Shown: piece after piece, positions 1-10,568 of the stretch
Position numbering within the stretch: position 1 is the first letter of the stretch
Layout: every line of letters starts with the position of its first letter
NCBI GenBank assembly: GCA_947628745.1
Contig: CANRBB010000001.1
Span: 1 to 62,778, forward strand
Length of the DNA stretch: 62,778 nt
Direction: 5' to 3'
Origin: an uncultured Bacilli bacterium
Lineage (GTDB): Bacteria; Bacillota_I; Bacilli_A; RF39; UBA660
Translations under genes and position numbers: made by a program
The notes under the pieces: model-generated
The model's database searches: none
The model's input: the letters and a program-made list of their open reading frames with translations, nothing else
What the model was told of the DNA's origin: nothing

Positions 1-46
1 TAATTTTATTTTTTTTGTTTACATTAGCTTTTACATCTTTACTCAT
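1..46 (-). CDS. 5' end of an unidentified CDS leaving the window (MSKDVKANVNKKNKI...)
   Basis: ATG at 46-44 lies 6 nt after GAGGAG (58-53 on minus strand). Only 15 codons are visible. Confidence 0.25.
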   Translation of the reverse strand, partial: MSKDVKANVNKKNKI

Positions 47-148
47 ATGCATCTCCTCAAAATATCTTGAGATTATTATATCATGGATGTAAAGTATAAG
101 TTAAAAAAAGTGTCTTCTTTTTGTAAATTTACATTATAGATAGTAAAA

Positions 149-910
149 CTATCGTAAAATGTATTTGTCTAAATTTGTATATTTTACATTTACTAGATAT
201 AATCCTTCAGCTGGGGCTGTGGCACCGTTTTCTTTTCGTGATTTGGAAGCTAATATTTTTTTCACAGTTTGTGGTTCTATTTTTTCTTGTCCTACTTTCA
301 ATAAAATGCCCACCATGTTTCTAACTTGATATCTTAGGAACCCATTTCCTTTGAAAATGATTGCTAGTTTATTTTTATCTTTAACTTTAATGCGAGCTAC
401 ACTGATGGTTCTGATACAATTTTTTTTATTTTCATTTTCTGTAACAAATGCTCTGAAGTCATGTGTACCTTTAAAATATTTTATGGCTTTTTTCATTTTC
501 TTTATATTTAACGAATAGTTGTATTGGTAAACGTAATTTCTTTCTAAGGGGTTATACTCACTTAAATTAATTAGATAATGGTATTCTTTCTCTACAACAT
601 TGTAACGTGCGTGGAAATTATCTTTGACGGCAAAGGTTTTTATTACATGAATATCATTCGGAAGGTTACTGTTTAGTGCGCGTTTTAGCTTGTGTGGAGT
701 TATTTTTACAGAAAGGTCAGCATGTGCATATTGACATAGAGCATGCACAGCTTTATCAGTACGTCCTGTTGCTGTAACGACAGTTTTTTGATTATTATTT
801 ATCTTTTGAAGTGCATTTTCTAGTTCTTCTTGTATAGTTTTTAGGTGTGGTTGTCGTTGAAAACCACAGTAGTTCGTGCCATCATATGAAAAATTAATTA
901 AGTAACGCAT
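149..910 (-). CDS. truA: tRNA pseudouridine synthase A
   Basis: TruA-family sequence with GRTDKAVHA catalytic-Asp motif. Start moved to ATG 910 (MRYLINF) just after AGGAGGGGAG; the track start at 937 is a TTG inside a palindrome. Confidence 0.9.
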   Translation of the reverse strand: MRYLINFSYDGTNYCGFQRQPHLKTIQEELENALQKINNNQKTVVTATGRTDKAVHALCQYAHADLSVKITPHKLKRALNSNLPNDIHVIKTFAVKDNFHARYNVVEKEYHYLINLSEYNPLERNYVYQYNYSLNIKKMKKAIKYFKGTHDFRAFVTENENKKNCIRTISVARIKVKDKNKLAIIFKGNGFLRYQVRNMVGILLKVGQEKIEPQTVKKILASKSRKENGATAPAEGLYLVNVKYTNLDKYILR

Positions 911-930
911 AATCTCCCCTCCTAAAAATT

Positions 931-947
931 TCCACAATTGTTGTGGA
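931..947. repeat. Palindrome TCCACAA-TTG-TTGTGGA (CCACA-N5-TGTGG family); a second imperfect copy lies at 967-990
   Basis: Read directly. Lies between the stop of the EcfA2-like gene (1007) and the truA RBS. On the minus strand it is followed by AATTTTT. Confidence 0.6.
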
Positions 948-1006
948 TTGATTTTTTCTTATTTAGTTTTTCCACAAAATCTGTTGAAAAGATTGCCACT
1001 ATAAAT

Positions 1007-1801
1007 TTATACATGTTTATAAATATCTTTAATCAAATCTCTGATATCACGATGGTAGTCAATCTTTACCTTTTTGGCTGTTTTAGCCTTGTAAGTGAAA
1101 AGAACAATATCTGGTACTTCAAAGCTATTTCTAATAATATATTCAACATCACTATATATATCTTTAGTTGGACCTTCCTTTAAAATAGTGTTATCTTTAA
1201 CCAAAATTATTTTCTTTGTATATTTATAGAGCATATTACAATCATTACTTGCAATGACTACATTAATATTAAAGCGATCATTTAATTGATTTAAAAGTCT
1301 GGTAAGTCTTTTTTCAGTTTTGTTATCTAGATTAGCGAATGGTTCATCTAAGAGAAGTAATTCTGGATTAGTTAATAAGGCAGTCGCAAATTGCAACTGT
1401 TTTTTTTCACTAGTTGATAAAGTATTGATATTTCTTTTGAGATAAGCTTTATTTAGACCAACTATTTTAAGGGAATCTTCTAACTTTTTCTGTGGATTTT
1501 TAATATTTAATTTATAATATTGCATATAAAAAATCATATGTTCTTCTACTGTATTTACTAAAAACTGATTTATAAAAGTGCTATTTATGAAGCTAACTCT
1601 TTTAATTAGATTTATTTTATTTTTTAGAGTTAACTTTTGATTATTATATTTTATGGTACCTTTACCTTGTAATAATCCATTGAGTAATCTTAAAATAGTA
1701 GTTTTTCCTTCACCAATAATACCAACTATCTCTTTATCGGGTATAGTAAAATTTAAATCAGTTAGATTGTGATAAGCAAGTTTTTTAACAGTTATTTCCA
1801 T
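1007..1801 (-). CDS. EcfA2-like ABC ATPase with degenerate motifs
   Basis: Walker A GIIGEGKT and Walker B LLLLDEP are present. The signature is LSTSE instead of LSGGQ, and the H-loop His is replaced (ASND). Occupies the canonical ecfA2 position upstream of truA. Confidence 0.75.
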   Translation of the reverse strand: MEITVKKLAYHNLTDLNFTIPDKEIVGIIGEGKTTILRLLNGLLQGKGTIKYNNQKLTLKNKINLIKRVSFINSTFINQFLVNTVEEHMIFYMQYYKLNIKNPQKKLEDSLKIVGLNKAYLKRNINTLSTSEKKQLQFATALLTNPELLLLDEPFANLDNKTEKRLTRLLNQLNDRFNINVVIASNDCNMLYKYTKKIILVKDNTILKEGPTKDIYSDVEYIIRNSFEVPDIVLFTYKAKTAKKVKIDYHRDIRDLIKDIYKHV

Positions 1802-2592
1802 AAAGTATCAACCATCCTATCCATATCTAAAATGATGTCTTCTAATAAATCATAGTCTTTTAATTTAACTGACAAGTCAATCATAAAAGGAATATCTAAA
1901 CCTAATCGATTAATTATATTATCATCTTTTAAAATAGTTAAGGGCTTACCCTCTAAAATGATTTTTCCCGAATTTAAAAGATATAGATAGTCACAGTCTA
2001 TTGTTTCATCTAATTTATTAACGGACATAATGATAGTAGTTTTTTCTTTTTTATTTATTTTTTTTAAAATAGCTAAGATTTCTTTTTTTTCGGCTTTTGT
2101 CATCATAATAAAGATATCATCTAAAAAAAGGATTTCTGGATTATCTAAAACAGCCAAAGCCAATAATATCTTTATTTTTTCACTACGTTTTAGTAAATCG
2201 GGATTTTCTTTTTCGTATTTTTTTAGATTGAACAACTCAATAATTTTTTTATAACGCTCTTGTTTCTTTTCTTCACTTAAAGTTAAGTTATTGATTACAA
2301 AACTTATTTCATCTTGAACGGTATTCATTAAAAAATTAATTTGATCATTTAGAATAACAATGCCTTCTTTTTTAAAAAGAATGTGTTTATTGATATTTTC
2401 TAGATAATCATCATTAAACTTTACCATGTGTTCAGTAGTAACTAAGCCACTTAAAATTTTAATTAATGTAGTTTTTCCACAATTATTAGCACCTGATAGG
2501 GCAATAAATGTCCCTTTTTCAACTCGCATGTTTAAATCATTAAATATCTTTTTATAGGATAAATTTTTAACGTTAAGGATTATATTATTCAT
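1792..2592 (-). CDS. EcfA1-like ABC ATPase, probably catalytically degenerate
   Basis: Walker A GANNCGKT is present. The signature is replaced by LKRSE, Walker B is ILFLDDI (no catalytic Glu), and the H-loop reads SVNK. EcfA-type C-terminus RLGLDIPFMIDLSVKL. Overlaps the next gene by 10 nt. Confidence 0.75.
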   Translation of the reverse strand: MNNIILNVKNLSYKKIFNDLNMRVEKGTFIALSGANNCGKTTLIKILSGLVTTEHMVKFNDDYLENINKHILFKKEGIVILNDQINFLMNTVQDEISFVINNLTLSEEKKQERYKKIIELFNLKKYEKENPDLLKRSEKIKILLALAVLDNPEILFLDDIFIMMTKAEKKEILAILKKINKKEKTTIIMSVNKLDETIDCDYLYLLNSGKIILEGKPLTILKDDNIINRLGLDIPFMIDLSVKLKDYDLLEDIILDMDRMVDTLWK

Positions 2593-2617
2593 TTTTTCAC
2601 CAACTACATATATATTG

Positions 2618-3376
2618 TTAATTTTTAAGTTTTTGTTTTTGTAATTTATATGTTATATTTAATAAAAATTTATCAGAGACAAATCTAGATAAGAATTTGG
2701 CTAATTTCATTTTTGTGCCTGGTATGATAATTCTTTTTTGTTTGAACATTTGGTCTAGTGCATATGATGCAACATCGTGGGCATTCATGGCTTTCACTTT
2801 AAAACTAACATTTGCTACTTTATTAAAATTAGTATCTACAGGCCCTGGACATAAACACGATATGGATACGTTACTCTTTCGTTTTTTTAACTCATACCAA
2901 ATTCCATTGGTTAAACTGGTTACATATGATTTTGTGGCATAGTATGTAGCCATAAGAGGACCTCCTGGTAAGGTTGAGGCTGAAGAAGAAACATTTAGAA
3001 TATAACCGCTATTTCTTTCTATCATGTCTCTTAAAAATGATTTGGTTAGTATATGAAGAGCTTTAATATTAGTTTCAATCATTTCTATTTCTTTGGAGAT
3101 TGGTATTTTTTCAAAATCACCGCATAAACCGAAGCCAGCGTTATTAATGAGAATATCTATTTTTTCTGATCGAGTTAAGATATATAATTCTTTTACCTTT
3201 TGTTCTATTGATAAATCCATGACAATAATTGTCGATTTTGTTGGCAATTGTTTTTGTAATTCTTCCAATTTATCCTTGGATCTGGCTACTAAAATAAGTT
3301 CATATTTTTCTTTAGCTAATATATGGGCCATTTCCATACCAATCCCACTAGATGCACCTGTAATTAAAGCTTTCAC
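2618..3376 (-). CDS. Short-chain dehydrogenase/reductase (SDR) family oxidoreductase
   Basis: TGASSGIG Rossmann motif, NNAG, and YYATK (YxxxK) catalytic motif. GTG start 5 nt after AGAGGTGA. Confidence 0.85.
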   Translation of the reverse strand: MKALITGASSGIGMEMAHILAKEKYELILVARSKDKLEELQKQLPTKSTIIVMDLSIEQKVKELYILTRSEKIDILINNAGFGLCGDFEKIPISKEIEMIETNIKALHILTKSFLRDMIERNSGYILNVSSSASTLPGGPLMATYYATKSYVTSLTNGIWYELKKRKSNVSISCLCPGPVDTNFNKVANVSFKVKAMNAHDVASYALDQMFKQKRIIIPGTKMKLAKFLSRFVSDKFLLNITYKLQKQKLKN

Positions 3377-3460
3377 AAAATCACCTCTTTTATATGTATT
3401 ATAACAGTATTAAATTAAAAAGAAAAGGAAACAACTTGTATTTGTTGAATCCCTTAGTTT

Positions 3461-3838
3461 TTATTTTTTCTCATCTTTCTTAACTTTTTCAGTCTCATCG
3501 ACTAATTTTAAGACAACCATTAGAGAGTCATCTCCACGGCGTTCATTAAGCTTAAGAATTTGAGTGTATCCGCCATCACGATTCTCGTAACGTCTAGCTA
3601 AATCATTAAATATTTTATCAGCAACTTCTTTGTCATTGTTTAAAAATGCTAAAGCTTTTCTTCTAGATACTAAATCTCCTTTTTTTCCATAGGTAATCAT
3701 TTTATCTATGAATTTACGGGCTTCTTTGGCACGTGTTTCTGTAGTTGTAATACTTTCATTTAAAATAACTTGTTTTGTTAATGTGGAAAGCATACTTCTT
3801 CTATGCTTGTTGTCGCGGCCTAATTTTCTATATGCCAT
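3461..3838 (-). CDS. rplQ: 50S ribosomal protein L17
   Basis: L17 sequence; last gene of the alpha operon, after rpoA. Confidence 0.95.
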   Translation of the reverse strand: MAYRKLGRDNKHRRSMLSTLTKQVILNESITTTETRAKEARKFIDKMITYGKKGDLVSRRKALAFLNNDKEVADKIFNDLARRYENRDGGYTQILKLNERRGDDSLMVVLKLVDETEKVKKDEKK

Positions 3839-3855
3839 AATACATCCTCCTTCTT

Positions 3856-4806
3856 TTAGTCTTCATCACGTAATGTTAGACCCATATCTTTAATTCTGTC
3901 TAATACCTCTTTTAAGGATTTTTTGCCTAAGTTACGTATTTTCATCATATCTGATTCGCTCTTATTAACAAGATCTTGTAATGTATGAATTCCTGCTCTT
4001 TTTAGGCAATTATATGCACGTACAGAGAAGTCCAAATCCTCGATTGATGTTTCTAAGGCTTTGACTTTTGGATCTTCTGTCTTTTCAATCATCATACCAC
4101 TTACATCAGCAATAGAAGATAAATCTGTTAATAGATTGAAATGCTCTATTAATATTCTTGCGGCTAAAGCAATTGCTTCTTCTGGTTTCATTGAACCATT
4201 AGTCCATACTTCGAGAACTAGTTTATCATAAGTCTCATCTTGACCGACACGTGCTGGTTCTACTTCATATGAAACTCTTTCAATTGGTGAATATGATGAA
4301 TCCATAGCGATTACGCCTGTTTTCTTAACATCCAATAACTTTTTGTTTATTTCACTATCAACGTATCCTCTACCATTGGTAACTACGATATCCATACTTA
4401 GTTTGCCACCTTTACTTAAAGTAGCAATAATTTTATCTTTATTAATTATTTCGATATCAGCATCGTGTTCAATTTCACCAGCAGTTACTTCTCCTTCTTT
4501 TGTTGTTTCCAAGTGAAGTGTTTTTGGTGTATTGGCGTAATTTTTAATAACTACTCCTTTAAGATTTAGGATAATAGTTGCTACATCTTCATAAACTCCA
4601 TCTAATGTTTGAAATTCATGAAGTGCTCCTTCTATTTTTACACTACTGATGGCACTTCCTGGTAATGATGATAACATTACTCTTCTTAAAGCGTTTCCAA
4701 TAGTGTTACCAAATCCTCTTTCTAGTGGTTCTAACTCAAATTTTCCATAGAAATTGCTTTCTACTGAATCTACTATTTTATATATTGGTTTTTCAAATTG
4801 TACCAT
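3856..4806 (-). CDS. rpoA: DNA-directed RNA polymerase subunit alpha
   Basis: 316 aa RpoA with N-terminal and C-terminal domains (C-terminal ...[11 protein letters not shown]...); canonical position. Confidence 0.97.
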   Translation of the reverse strand: MVQFEKPIYKIVDSVESNFYGKFELEPLERGFGNTIGNALRRVMLSSLPGSAISSVKIEGALHEFQTLDGVYEDVATIILNLKGVVIKNYANTPKTLHLETTKEGEVTAGEIEHDADIEIINKDKIIATLSKGGKLSMDIVVTNGRGYVDSEINKKLLDVKKTGVIAMDSSYSPIERVSYEVEPARVGQDETYDKLVLEVWTNGSMKPEEAIALAARILIEHFNLLTDLSSIADVSGMMIEKTEDPKVKALETSIEDLDFSVRAYNCLKRAGIHTLQDLVNKSESDMMKIRNLGKKSLKEVLDRIKDMGLTLRDED

Positions 4807-4840
4807 GAAACTAACCTCCTTTAATAATTATTAATACCTT

Positions 4841-5224
4841 TTATCCACGTGGACGTTTTGGTGGACGGCATCCATTATGTGGGATTGGTGTTACATCATT
4901 AATTGAAGTCACTTCTAATCCTGCCGTAGCTAGTGAACGAATTGCAGTTTCACGTCCTGGTCCTAGTCCTTTAACAAAAACTTCTACTTTGCGCATACCC
5001 ATATCGTAAGCAGCTTTTCCAGCTGATTCTGCTGATAGGCCTGCTGCATATGGAGTTGATTTTTTACTTCCCTTAAAACCCAAGGCTCCACTTGATGCCC
5101 AGCTAATTACACTTCCGTCTTTGTCTGTAATGGTTACAATAGTGTTGTTAAATGTTGATTGAATATGTGCTACACCTTCAGGAATATTTTTCTTTACTTT
5201 TTTCTTTCTAGTCTTATAAGCCAT
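4841..5224 (-). CDS. rpsK: 30S ribosomal protein S11
   Basis: S11 sequence; canonical order rpsM-rpsK-rpoA. Confidence 0.96.
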   Translation of the reverse strand: MAYKTRKKKVKKNIPEGVAHIQSTFNNTIVTITDKDGSVISWASSGALGFKGSKKSTPYAAGLSAESAGKAAYDMGMRKVEVFVKGLGPGRETAIRSLATAGLEVTSINDVTPIPHNGCRPPKRPRG

Positions 5225-5241
5225 GTTCTAACCTCCTATCT

Positions 5242-5610
5242 TTATACTTTCTTCTTGTTAGCAACAGTCTTTCCTCTACCCTTACGAGTACGAGCATTTC
5301 TGTTTGTTCTTTGACCTCTAACAGGTAACCCTTTTTTATGTCTAGTACCTTGGTAAGAATTTATTTCCATTTTTGTTTTAATGTTCATATTAACTTCACG
5401 ACGTAAATCACCCTCTGTTTGATGATTACCAATTTCATCACGAAGTTTAATTAATTCTTCCTGAGTAAGATCTCCTGCTTTTTTGGTTGGTTCAACGCCT
5501 GCGTTTTCACAAATTGTTTTTGCTAAATTTCTACCAATACCATAAATGTATGTTAATGATATACAAATGTGTTTATCGTTTGGTATATCAACACCTTTAA
5601 TACGTGCCAT
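5242..5610 (-). CDS. rpsM: 30S ribosomal protein S13
   Basis: S13 sequence ([10 protein letters not shown]...). Confidence 0.96.
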   Translation of the reverse strand: MARIKGVDIPNDKHICISLTYIYGIGRNLAKTICENAGVEPTKKAGDLTQEELIKLRDEIGNHQTEGDLRREVNMNIKTKMEINSYQGTRHKKGLPVRGQRTNRNARTRKGRGKTVANKKKV

Positions 5611-5625
5611 TTAGTTCACCTCCTA

Positions 5626-5742
5626 TTAACCTTGTTTTTGTTTATGTTTAGGATTTTTCTTACAAATTATCCTAACTTTACCTTTACGTTTTACAACTTT
5701 ACAATCTGAACAGATTGGTTTTACTGATGGTTTTACTTTCAT
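5626..5742 (-). CDS. rpmJ: 50S ribosomal protein L36
   Basis: Not in the ORF track because it is too short. Hand translation gives [38 protein letters not shown] with a C-x2-C...C-x5-H zinc ribbon. Lies between infA and rpsM. Confidence 0.92.
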   Translation of the reverse strand: MKVKPSVKPICSDCKVVKRKGKVRIICKKNPKHKQKQG

Positions 5743-5756
5743 ACTTATTCCTCCTA

Positions 5757-5972
5757 TTATTTACGATAGATAATGCGCCCACGTGTTAAGTCGTAAGGTG
5801 ATATTTCCATTGTAACTTTATCCCCTGGTAGAATGCGAATGTAGTTCATTCGTATTTTACCAGAAACGTAGGCCTCAATCATATGACCATTTTCTAATTC
5901 TACTTTAAATTTACCACCTGGTATAATTTCTAGAACTTTGCCTTCCATTTCTATTGTATCTTCTTTTGCCAT
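5757..5972 (-). CDS. infA: Translation initiation factor IF-1
   Basis: 71 aa S1-like IF-1 sequence. Confidence 0.96.
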   Translation of the reverse strand: MAKEDTIEMEGKVLEIIPGGKFKVELENGHMIEAYVSGKIRMNYIRILPGDKVTMEISPYDLTRGRIIYRK

Positions 5973-5976
5973 CTAA

Positions 5977-6723
5977 TCACGCTCCTGTTAATATTTCATA
6001 TCCATCTTTGGTTACCACAATAGTATGCTCATAATGAGCTGCGCAACTATGATCTTGTGTTATTACAGTCCAGTCATTATCCGCTATATAAATAGCCGGA
6101 CTTCCTTCTGTTAACATTGGCTCTACTGCAATTACCATGCCCTCTCTTAAAAGTGGACCAGTACCTTTTTTTCCGTAATTAGGAACATCGGGAGATTCGT
6201 GAACATTGGTACCAACACCATGTCCACATAATTCTTTAACAACACCTAGATGATGAGCTTTCGCGTATTCACTAATAGCAAAGCCTATATCTCCGATTCT
6301 ATTTCCAGGTTTAACTTGCTGTAAGCCAATATTAAGCGACTCTTCTGTATGTTTTAATAGTAATTCATTTTCCTTACTAATATTTCCTACTTGATAAGTC
6401 CATGCTGAATCACCATGATATCCTTTATAACAGGCACCTATATCAATAGTGATAATATCTCCATTCTTTAAGGTGCGAGTGCTTGGAAAACCATGGACCA
6501 CTTCATCATTTAAACTAATGCATAGAGTGTACGGAAAACCTTCATAGCCTTTAAATGATGGAGTAGCATTATTCTTTAAAATAAACGCTTCTGCTAACTC
6601 ATTAAGTTTGATAGTCGTAATACCTTCTTTTATGAAGGGTTTTAAATATTGATGAGTTTTATAAACTATATTGCCAGCTTTTCTTAATAAATCAATTTCT
6701 CTTTCACTGCGAATTGTTATCAT
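5977..6723 (-). CDS. map: Methionine aminopeptidase type I
   Basis: MetAP-I sequence. Start set at the second ATG (MITIRSEREI...), preceded by GGTGA; the track start 6741 is possible but less likely. Confidence 0.9.
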   Translation of the reverse strand: MITIRSEREIDLLRKAGNIVYKTHQYLKPFIKEGITTIKLNELAEAFILKNNATPSFKGYEGFPYTLCISLNDEVVHGFPSTRTLKNGDIITIDIGACYKGYHGDSAWTYQVGNISKENELLLKHTEESLNIGLQQVKPGNRIGDIGFAISEYAKAHHLGVVKELCGHGVGTNVHESPDVPNYGKKGTGPLLREGMVIAVEPMLTEGSPAIYIADNDWTVITQDHSCAAHYEHTIVVTKDGYEILTGA

Positions 6724-6740
6724 TATTTCACCGACTTTCA

Positions 6741-7397
6741 TTAGATTATATTTATTATTTCATCTATTTGTTTTGATACTTTTTCTTTTGTCTCATTTCC
6801 ATCGATGCGATATAAAACATTTTGTTCTTCATAATGCTTTATTATAGGTTCAGTCTTTTTGTGATAAGTTTCATATCTGTTTTCAAATGCCTCAATATTA
6901 TCATCAGCCCTTTGATATAGCTTTCCACCACATTCATCACATATTGATTCCAATTTAGGGCGATTATTTTCATCATTAATGTTGTATACTTCATGGCATG
7001 AGGAACATACTCTTCTACCGGTAATTCTTTTTTCAAGAATTTTTTTATCTACATCTATAACAATGACTGCGCCTATCTTATAACCAAGGTTTTTTAATAT
7101 TTCATCATAAGCTAGGGCTTGTTCATAATTTCGTGGGAAACCATCGATTATGAAGCCATTCTTACAATCAGGCCTTGATAGTCGTTGTTCAATTAACTTA
7201 TAAGTAATATCATCTTTTACTAATTCTCCACTTGATAAAGTTTCTGCTACATAATTCCCTATTTCTGAATTTTCTTTGGCAATGTCTCTTAAGATATCAC
7301 CGGTAGAAATATGGGGAATATGATACTTTTCTTTTATATAATCAGCTTGCGTGCCTTTGCCCGCAGCTGGTGGAGCAATAAACATTATATTTTTCAT
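6741..7397 (-). CDS. adk: Adenylate kinase (zinc-lid type)
   Basis: P-loop PPAAGKGTQ and Cys4 lid CSSC...CDEC. Start set at MKNIMFIA (7397), just after the secY stop; the track extension overlaps secY. Confidence 0.9.
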   Translation of the reverse strand: MKNIMFIAPPAAGKGTQADYIKEKYHIPHISTGDILRDIAKENSEIGNYVAETLSSGELVKDDITYKLIEQRLSRPDCKNGFIIDGFPRNYEQALAYDEILKNLGYKIGAVIVIDVDKKILEKRITGRRVCSSCHEVYNINDENNRPKLESICDECGGKLYQRADDNIEAFENRYETYHKKTEPIIKHYEEQNVLYRIDGNETKEKVSKQIDEIINII

Positions 7398-7398
7398 G

Positions 7399-8667
7399 TT
7401 ATCTTCTGCTATAACCTCTTTTATAATTTCTAGCAAGTAAACTGCCTTCTAGTTGTTTGTAACTTTCTAAGGCAACTCCCACTACGATTAATATACCAGT
7501 ACCACCAATTGAAACGCTGGTTGGTAAATCTGATACAGCTGAAAATATAATAGGTATTCCGGCAATCACAGTTAAGAATGTAGCCCCTAAAATATTTATT
7601 CTTGATAGTATTTTACCTAAATACTTTTCTGTTTCCTTGCCAGGTCTTACACCTGGAATGTAACCGCCATTTTCTTGTAAATTTTTTGAAAATTCGTCTG
7701 GTCTCATTTGAATAAATGTATAAAAATATGAGAACAAGAATATTAATACTACATACATAACAAATCCTGTTGGAGTTGTATAACTTATGTATTTTTGAAT
7801 AAATAGCGAGAAACTTTCTTTATTAATTGCTGCTGCAATTATACTTGGAATACTAAGTAGCGTTGATGCAAAAATTACAGGCATTACATTTGCTGAGTTA
7901 ATCTTAATTGGTACATAAGATTGATTTTGGGCATATGAGCTAGATGACTTATTTGCATATTGGATAGGAATTCTACGTTCTGATTCTTGAATGAAAATTA
8001 CTCCAACTAGTATTCCTACATATATTAAGGCAAAGATAATGAATTTGGCAATACCAAATGCTATTGTTTGGGCACTGTCAAAATTTACTAAACTTTGAAA
8101 GGCTGTGACAAACATTTGTGGTAATGTAGCAATTATGCCTGCCATAATTATTAAACTAACACCATTACCAATACCTTTTTCTGTTATCTGATCACCCAAC
8201 CACAAAAGGAAAGCTGTACCTGCAGTTAAGATGGTTGCAATGTAAAGATAATCTAGGGGATTTCCACTTTTACCATAAAAAGCAAAGGCAAAAGCATATC
8301 CTTCAACAAAAGCAAAAGCGATACCCATATATCTTGTAATTTTATTTAGTTTTTGTCTACCTGTATGTCCTTCTTTGGCAAGGTCAGCAAAGTATGGAAA
8401 AATATCTAATTCTAATAACTGCATTATTATTGAAGCAGAGATGTAAGGCATAACCCCTAAAGCAAATATTGAGAAATTTTTAAATGCTCCTCCACCCATA
8501 GAGTTTAATAATTCCAAAAATCCCAAATTACTTCCGACATTTTCTGTTTCTGGAACTCTTATTGAACATCCGATGATAAAGATTGCTAAGGCAAAGAATG
8601 TGAAATAAATTCTATGTCTTAAATCTTTGTTAGTTGGAGTGAATAGTTGCTTCATGGTTTTAAACAT
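7399..8667 (-). CDS. secY: Preprotein translocase subunit SecY
   Basis: 422 aa 10-TM SecY sequence. RBS GAGGTGA lies upstream. Confidence 0.96.
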   Translation of the reverse strand: MFKTMKQLFTPTNKDLRHRIYFTFFALAIFIIGCSIRVPETENVGSNLGFLELLNSMGGGAFKNFSIFALGVMPYISASIIMQLLELDIFPYFADLAKEGHTGRQKLNKITRYMGIAFAFVEGYAFAFAFYGKSGNPLDYLYIATILTAGTAFLLWLGDQITEKGIGNGVSLIIMAGIIATLPQMFVTAFQSLVNFDSAQTIAFGIAKFIIFALIYVGILVGVIFIQESERRIPIQYANKSSSSYAQNQSYVPIKINSANVMPVIFASTLLSIPSIIAAAINKESFSLFIQKYISYTTPTGFVMYVVLIFLFSYFYTFIQMRPDEFSKNLQENGGYIPGVRPGKETEKYLGKILSRINILGATFLTVIAGIPIIFSAVSDLPTSVSIGGTGILIVVGVALESYKQLEGSLLARNYKRGYSRR

Positions 8668-8668
8668 A

Positions 8669-9112
8669 CTAAATCACCTCAATATTGCTTCCTGATTCTT
8701 TGATTTTTTCTACTGCTGACTTAGAAAATTTGTTAGCTTGAATAGTTAATTTCTTCTCAAGTTTTCCTTCACCTAATACTTTAACACCACTTAATTCTTT
8801 GCTAATGATGCCCTTTTCTTTAAGTAAAGCTTGATTAACTATTGTTCCATCTTCAAATACATTCAAATCTGAAACATTTACGATAGCATATTCTTTTTTA
8901 AATAATGCGTTTGAGAAACCTCTTTTTGGAATACGACGATATAGAGGTAATTGTCCTCCTTCAAATACTGGATTAATGCTTCCTCCACTACGTGCTTTTT
9001 GTCCTTTTTGTCCTCTTCCACATGTTTTTCCTAATCCACTACCAGAGCCACGTCCAACGCGTTTCTTTTTATGAGTAGCTCCGATATTTTGTTCTAATTC
9101 ATGTAACTTCAT
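8669..9112 (-). CDS. rplO: 50S ribosomal protein L15
   Basis: L15 sequence. Its start overlaps the rpsE stop, so there is no room for rpmD. Confidence 0.95.
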   Translation of the reverse strand: MKLHELEQNIGATHKKKRVGRGSGSGLGKTCGRGQKGQKARSGGSINPVFEGGQLPLYRRIPKRGFSNALFKKEYAIVNVSDLNVFEDGTIVNQALLKEKGIISKELSGVKVLGEGKLEKKLTIQANKFSKSAVEKIKESGSNIEVI

Positions 9113-9621
9113 TATCCTAATATCTCCTCTACTGTTTTTCCGCGAAGTTTAGCAACTTCTTCTGGTGTTTTAATAGACTTAAGTCCATTTATAGCAGCTT
9201 GTGCCATATTTAATTTTGTTCTTGCACCTAAAGCTTTAGATACTATATCACGAACTCCTGCTAACTCAAGTACGGCACGAACAGATCCTCCGGCGATAAT
9301 ACCAGTACCAGCTTTGGCAGGCTTTAATATTACACGTGCAGCTCCACTAGTTCCAATTGTTTCATGAGCAACTGTTCTTCCATCAATTAGAGGTATTTGA
9401 ATTAAGTTCTTATTAGCATCTTGTATAGCTTTCTTAATTGCATCTGGTACTTCGGCAGCTTTACCTGTACCTAGTCCAACTTTTCCATTTCTGTCACCTA
9501 CAACGACAGTAGCTGAAAAACGTCTTTGGCGTCCACCTTTGTTAACTTTAACAACACTTTTAACGTCAATTACTAATTCTTCTAGCAACTTTGCCTTAGG
9601 TTCCATGTTCTTCTTTTGCAT
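9112..9621 (-). CDS. rpsE: 30S ribosomal protein S5
   Basis: S5 sequence. RBS GGAGGG lies upstream. Confidence 0.95.
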   Translation of the reverse strand: MQKKNMEPKAKLLEELVIDVKSVVKVNKGGRQRRFSATVVVGDRNGKVGLGTGKAAEVPDAIKKAIQDANKNLIQIPLIDGRTVAHETIGTSGAARVILKPAKAGTGIIAGGSVRAVLELAGVRDIVSKALGARTKLNMAQAAINGLKSIKTPEEVAKLRGKTVEEILG

Positions 9622-9633
9622 AATACCCTCCTA

Positions 9634-9996
9634 TTAGAATTCTAATCCATTTTCACGTGCTGCATTAGCTAATGCTTCTACACGTCCATGATAAAGATAT
9701 CCACCTCTATCAAATACTACTTTAGTGATATTGGCTTTCTTTGCTTTTTCGGCAATACTCTTTCCTACCACTTTGGCTGCTTCTACATTACTTCCATTCT
9801 TAATATTTAAGTCTTTATCTAATGAGGAAGCAGATACTAGAGTAGTTCTAGTTTCGTCATCAATAATTTGTGCATAGATAGCTTTATTAGAACGAAATAC
9901 GCTTAATCTTGGTACTGCACATGTTCCCATAATCTTATTACGAATACGTTTATGACGAACTAAACGCATACTGTTACGAGATTCTTTTTTTATCAT
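9634..9996 (-). CDS. rplR: 50S ribosomal protein L18
   Basis: L18 sequence; spc operon order. Confidence 0.95.
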   Translation of the reverse strand: MIKKESRNSMRLVRHKRIRNKIMGTCAVPRLSVFRSNKAIYAQIIDDETRTTLVSASSLDKDLNIKNGSNVEAAKVVGKSIAEKAKKANITKVVFDRGGYLYHGRVEALANAARENGLEF

Positions 9997-10014
9997 ATTT
10001 TATTCTCCTTCCTA

Positions 10015-10548
10015 CTATTTAGCAGCTTTTTTTCCTTCCTTACGGATAATATGTTCGTCTTTATAGCGAATACCTTTTCCTTTATATGGCTCTGGTGGTC
10101 TTACTTTTCTAATTTCTGCTGCAAATTTACCAACTTGAGCTTTATCTATACCTTTTACTTTAATTTCTGTGTTGCTTATTGCTTCCACAGATAACCCTTC
10201 AGGTACTTTCATTTCAACAGTATGTGAATGACCAGCTTTGATAGCTAATGTAGATCCTGATACTTTAAAATTATAACCTACACCAATTATTTCTAGACCC
10301 TTTTCATAACCATCAGTGACACCTTTAATCATATTAGTTACTAATGAGTTCATAGTACCATGATTAGGTTTTGCTGATTCATCAGCACGTTCTAAAATGA
10401 TGGTATTTTCATTCTGTTTCATCGTGATTTTCTTCAACATTTTTTGTTGTAGTGTTCCCTTTGGTCCAGTAACTGTTACTATTCCATTTTCTTCAGTTAC
10501 TGTTACCCCAGTAGGTACCGTTATTATACGATTTCCAATACGGCTCAT
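10015..10548 (-). CDS. rplF: 50S ribosomal protein L6
   Basis: L6 sequence. Confidence 0.95.
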   Translation of the reverse strand: MSRIGNRIITVPTGVTVTEENGIVTVTGPKGTLQQKMLKKITMKQNENTIILERADESAKPNHGTMNSLVTNMIKGVTDGYEKGLEIIGVGYNFKVSGSTLAIKAGHSHTVEMKVPEGLSVEAISNTEIKVKGIDKAQVGKFAAEIRKVRPPEPYKGKGIRYKDEHIIRKEGKKAAK

Positions 10549-10568
10549 TTTCTTTTCCTCCTATATAA

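Noticed and set aside
938-1183. Plus-strand ORFs from the track lying opposite clear minus-strand genes. Examples: 938-1183, 2030-2254, 2697-2942, 3093-3404, 10397-10648, 11113-11334, 13832-14062, 14709-14900, 26766-27047, 37750-38280, 61452-61733.
   Set aside because: They are antisense shadows of well-supported genes (ribosomal proteins, uvrA, pgk and so on). They have low-complexity F/L/I/S-rich translations and no RBS.
6842-7036. Same-strand nested ORFs 6842-7036, 24674-24859, 55745-55942 and 57981-58196.
   Set aside because: These are alternative frames inside confidently identified genes (adk, GT4, GT2, GT2-TPR), with no independent support.
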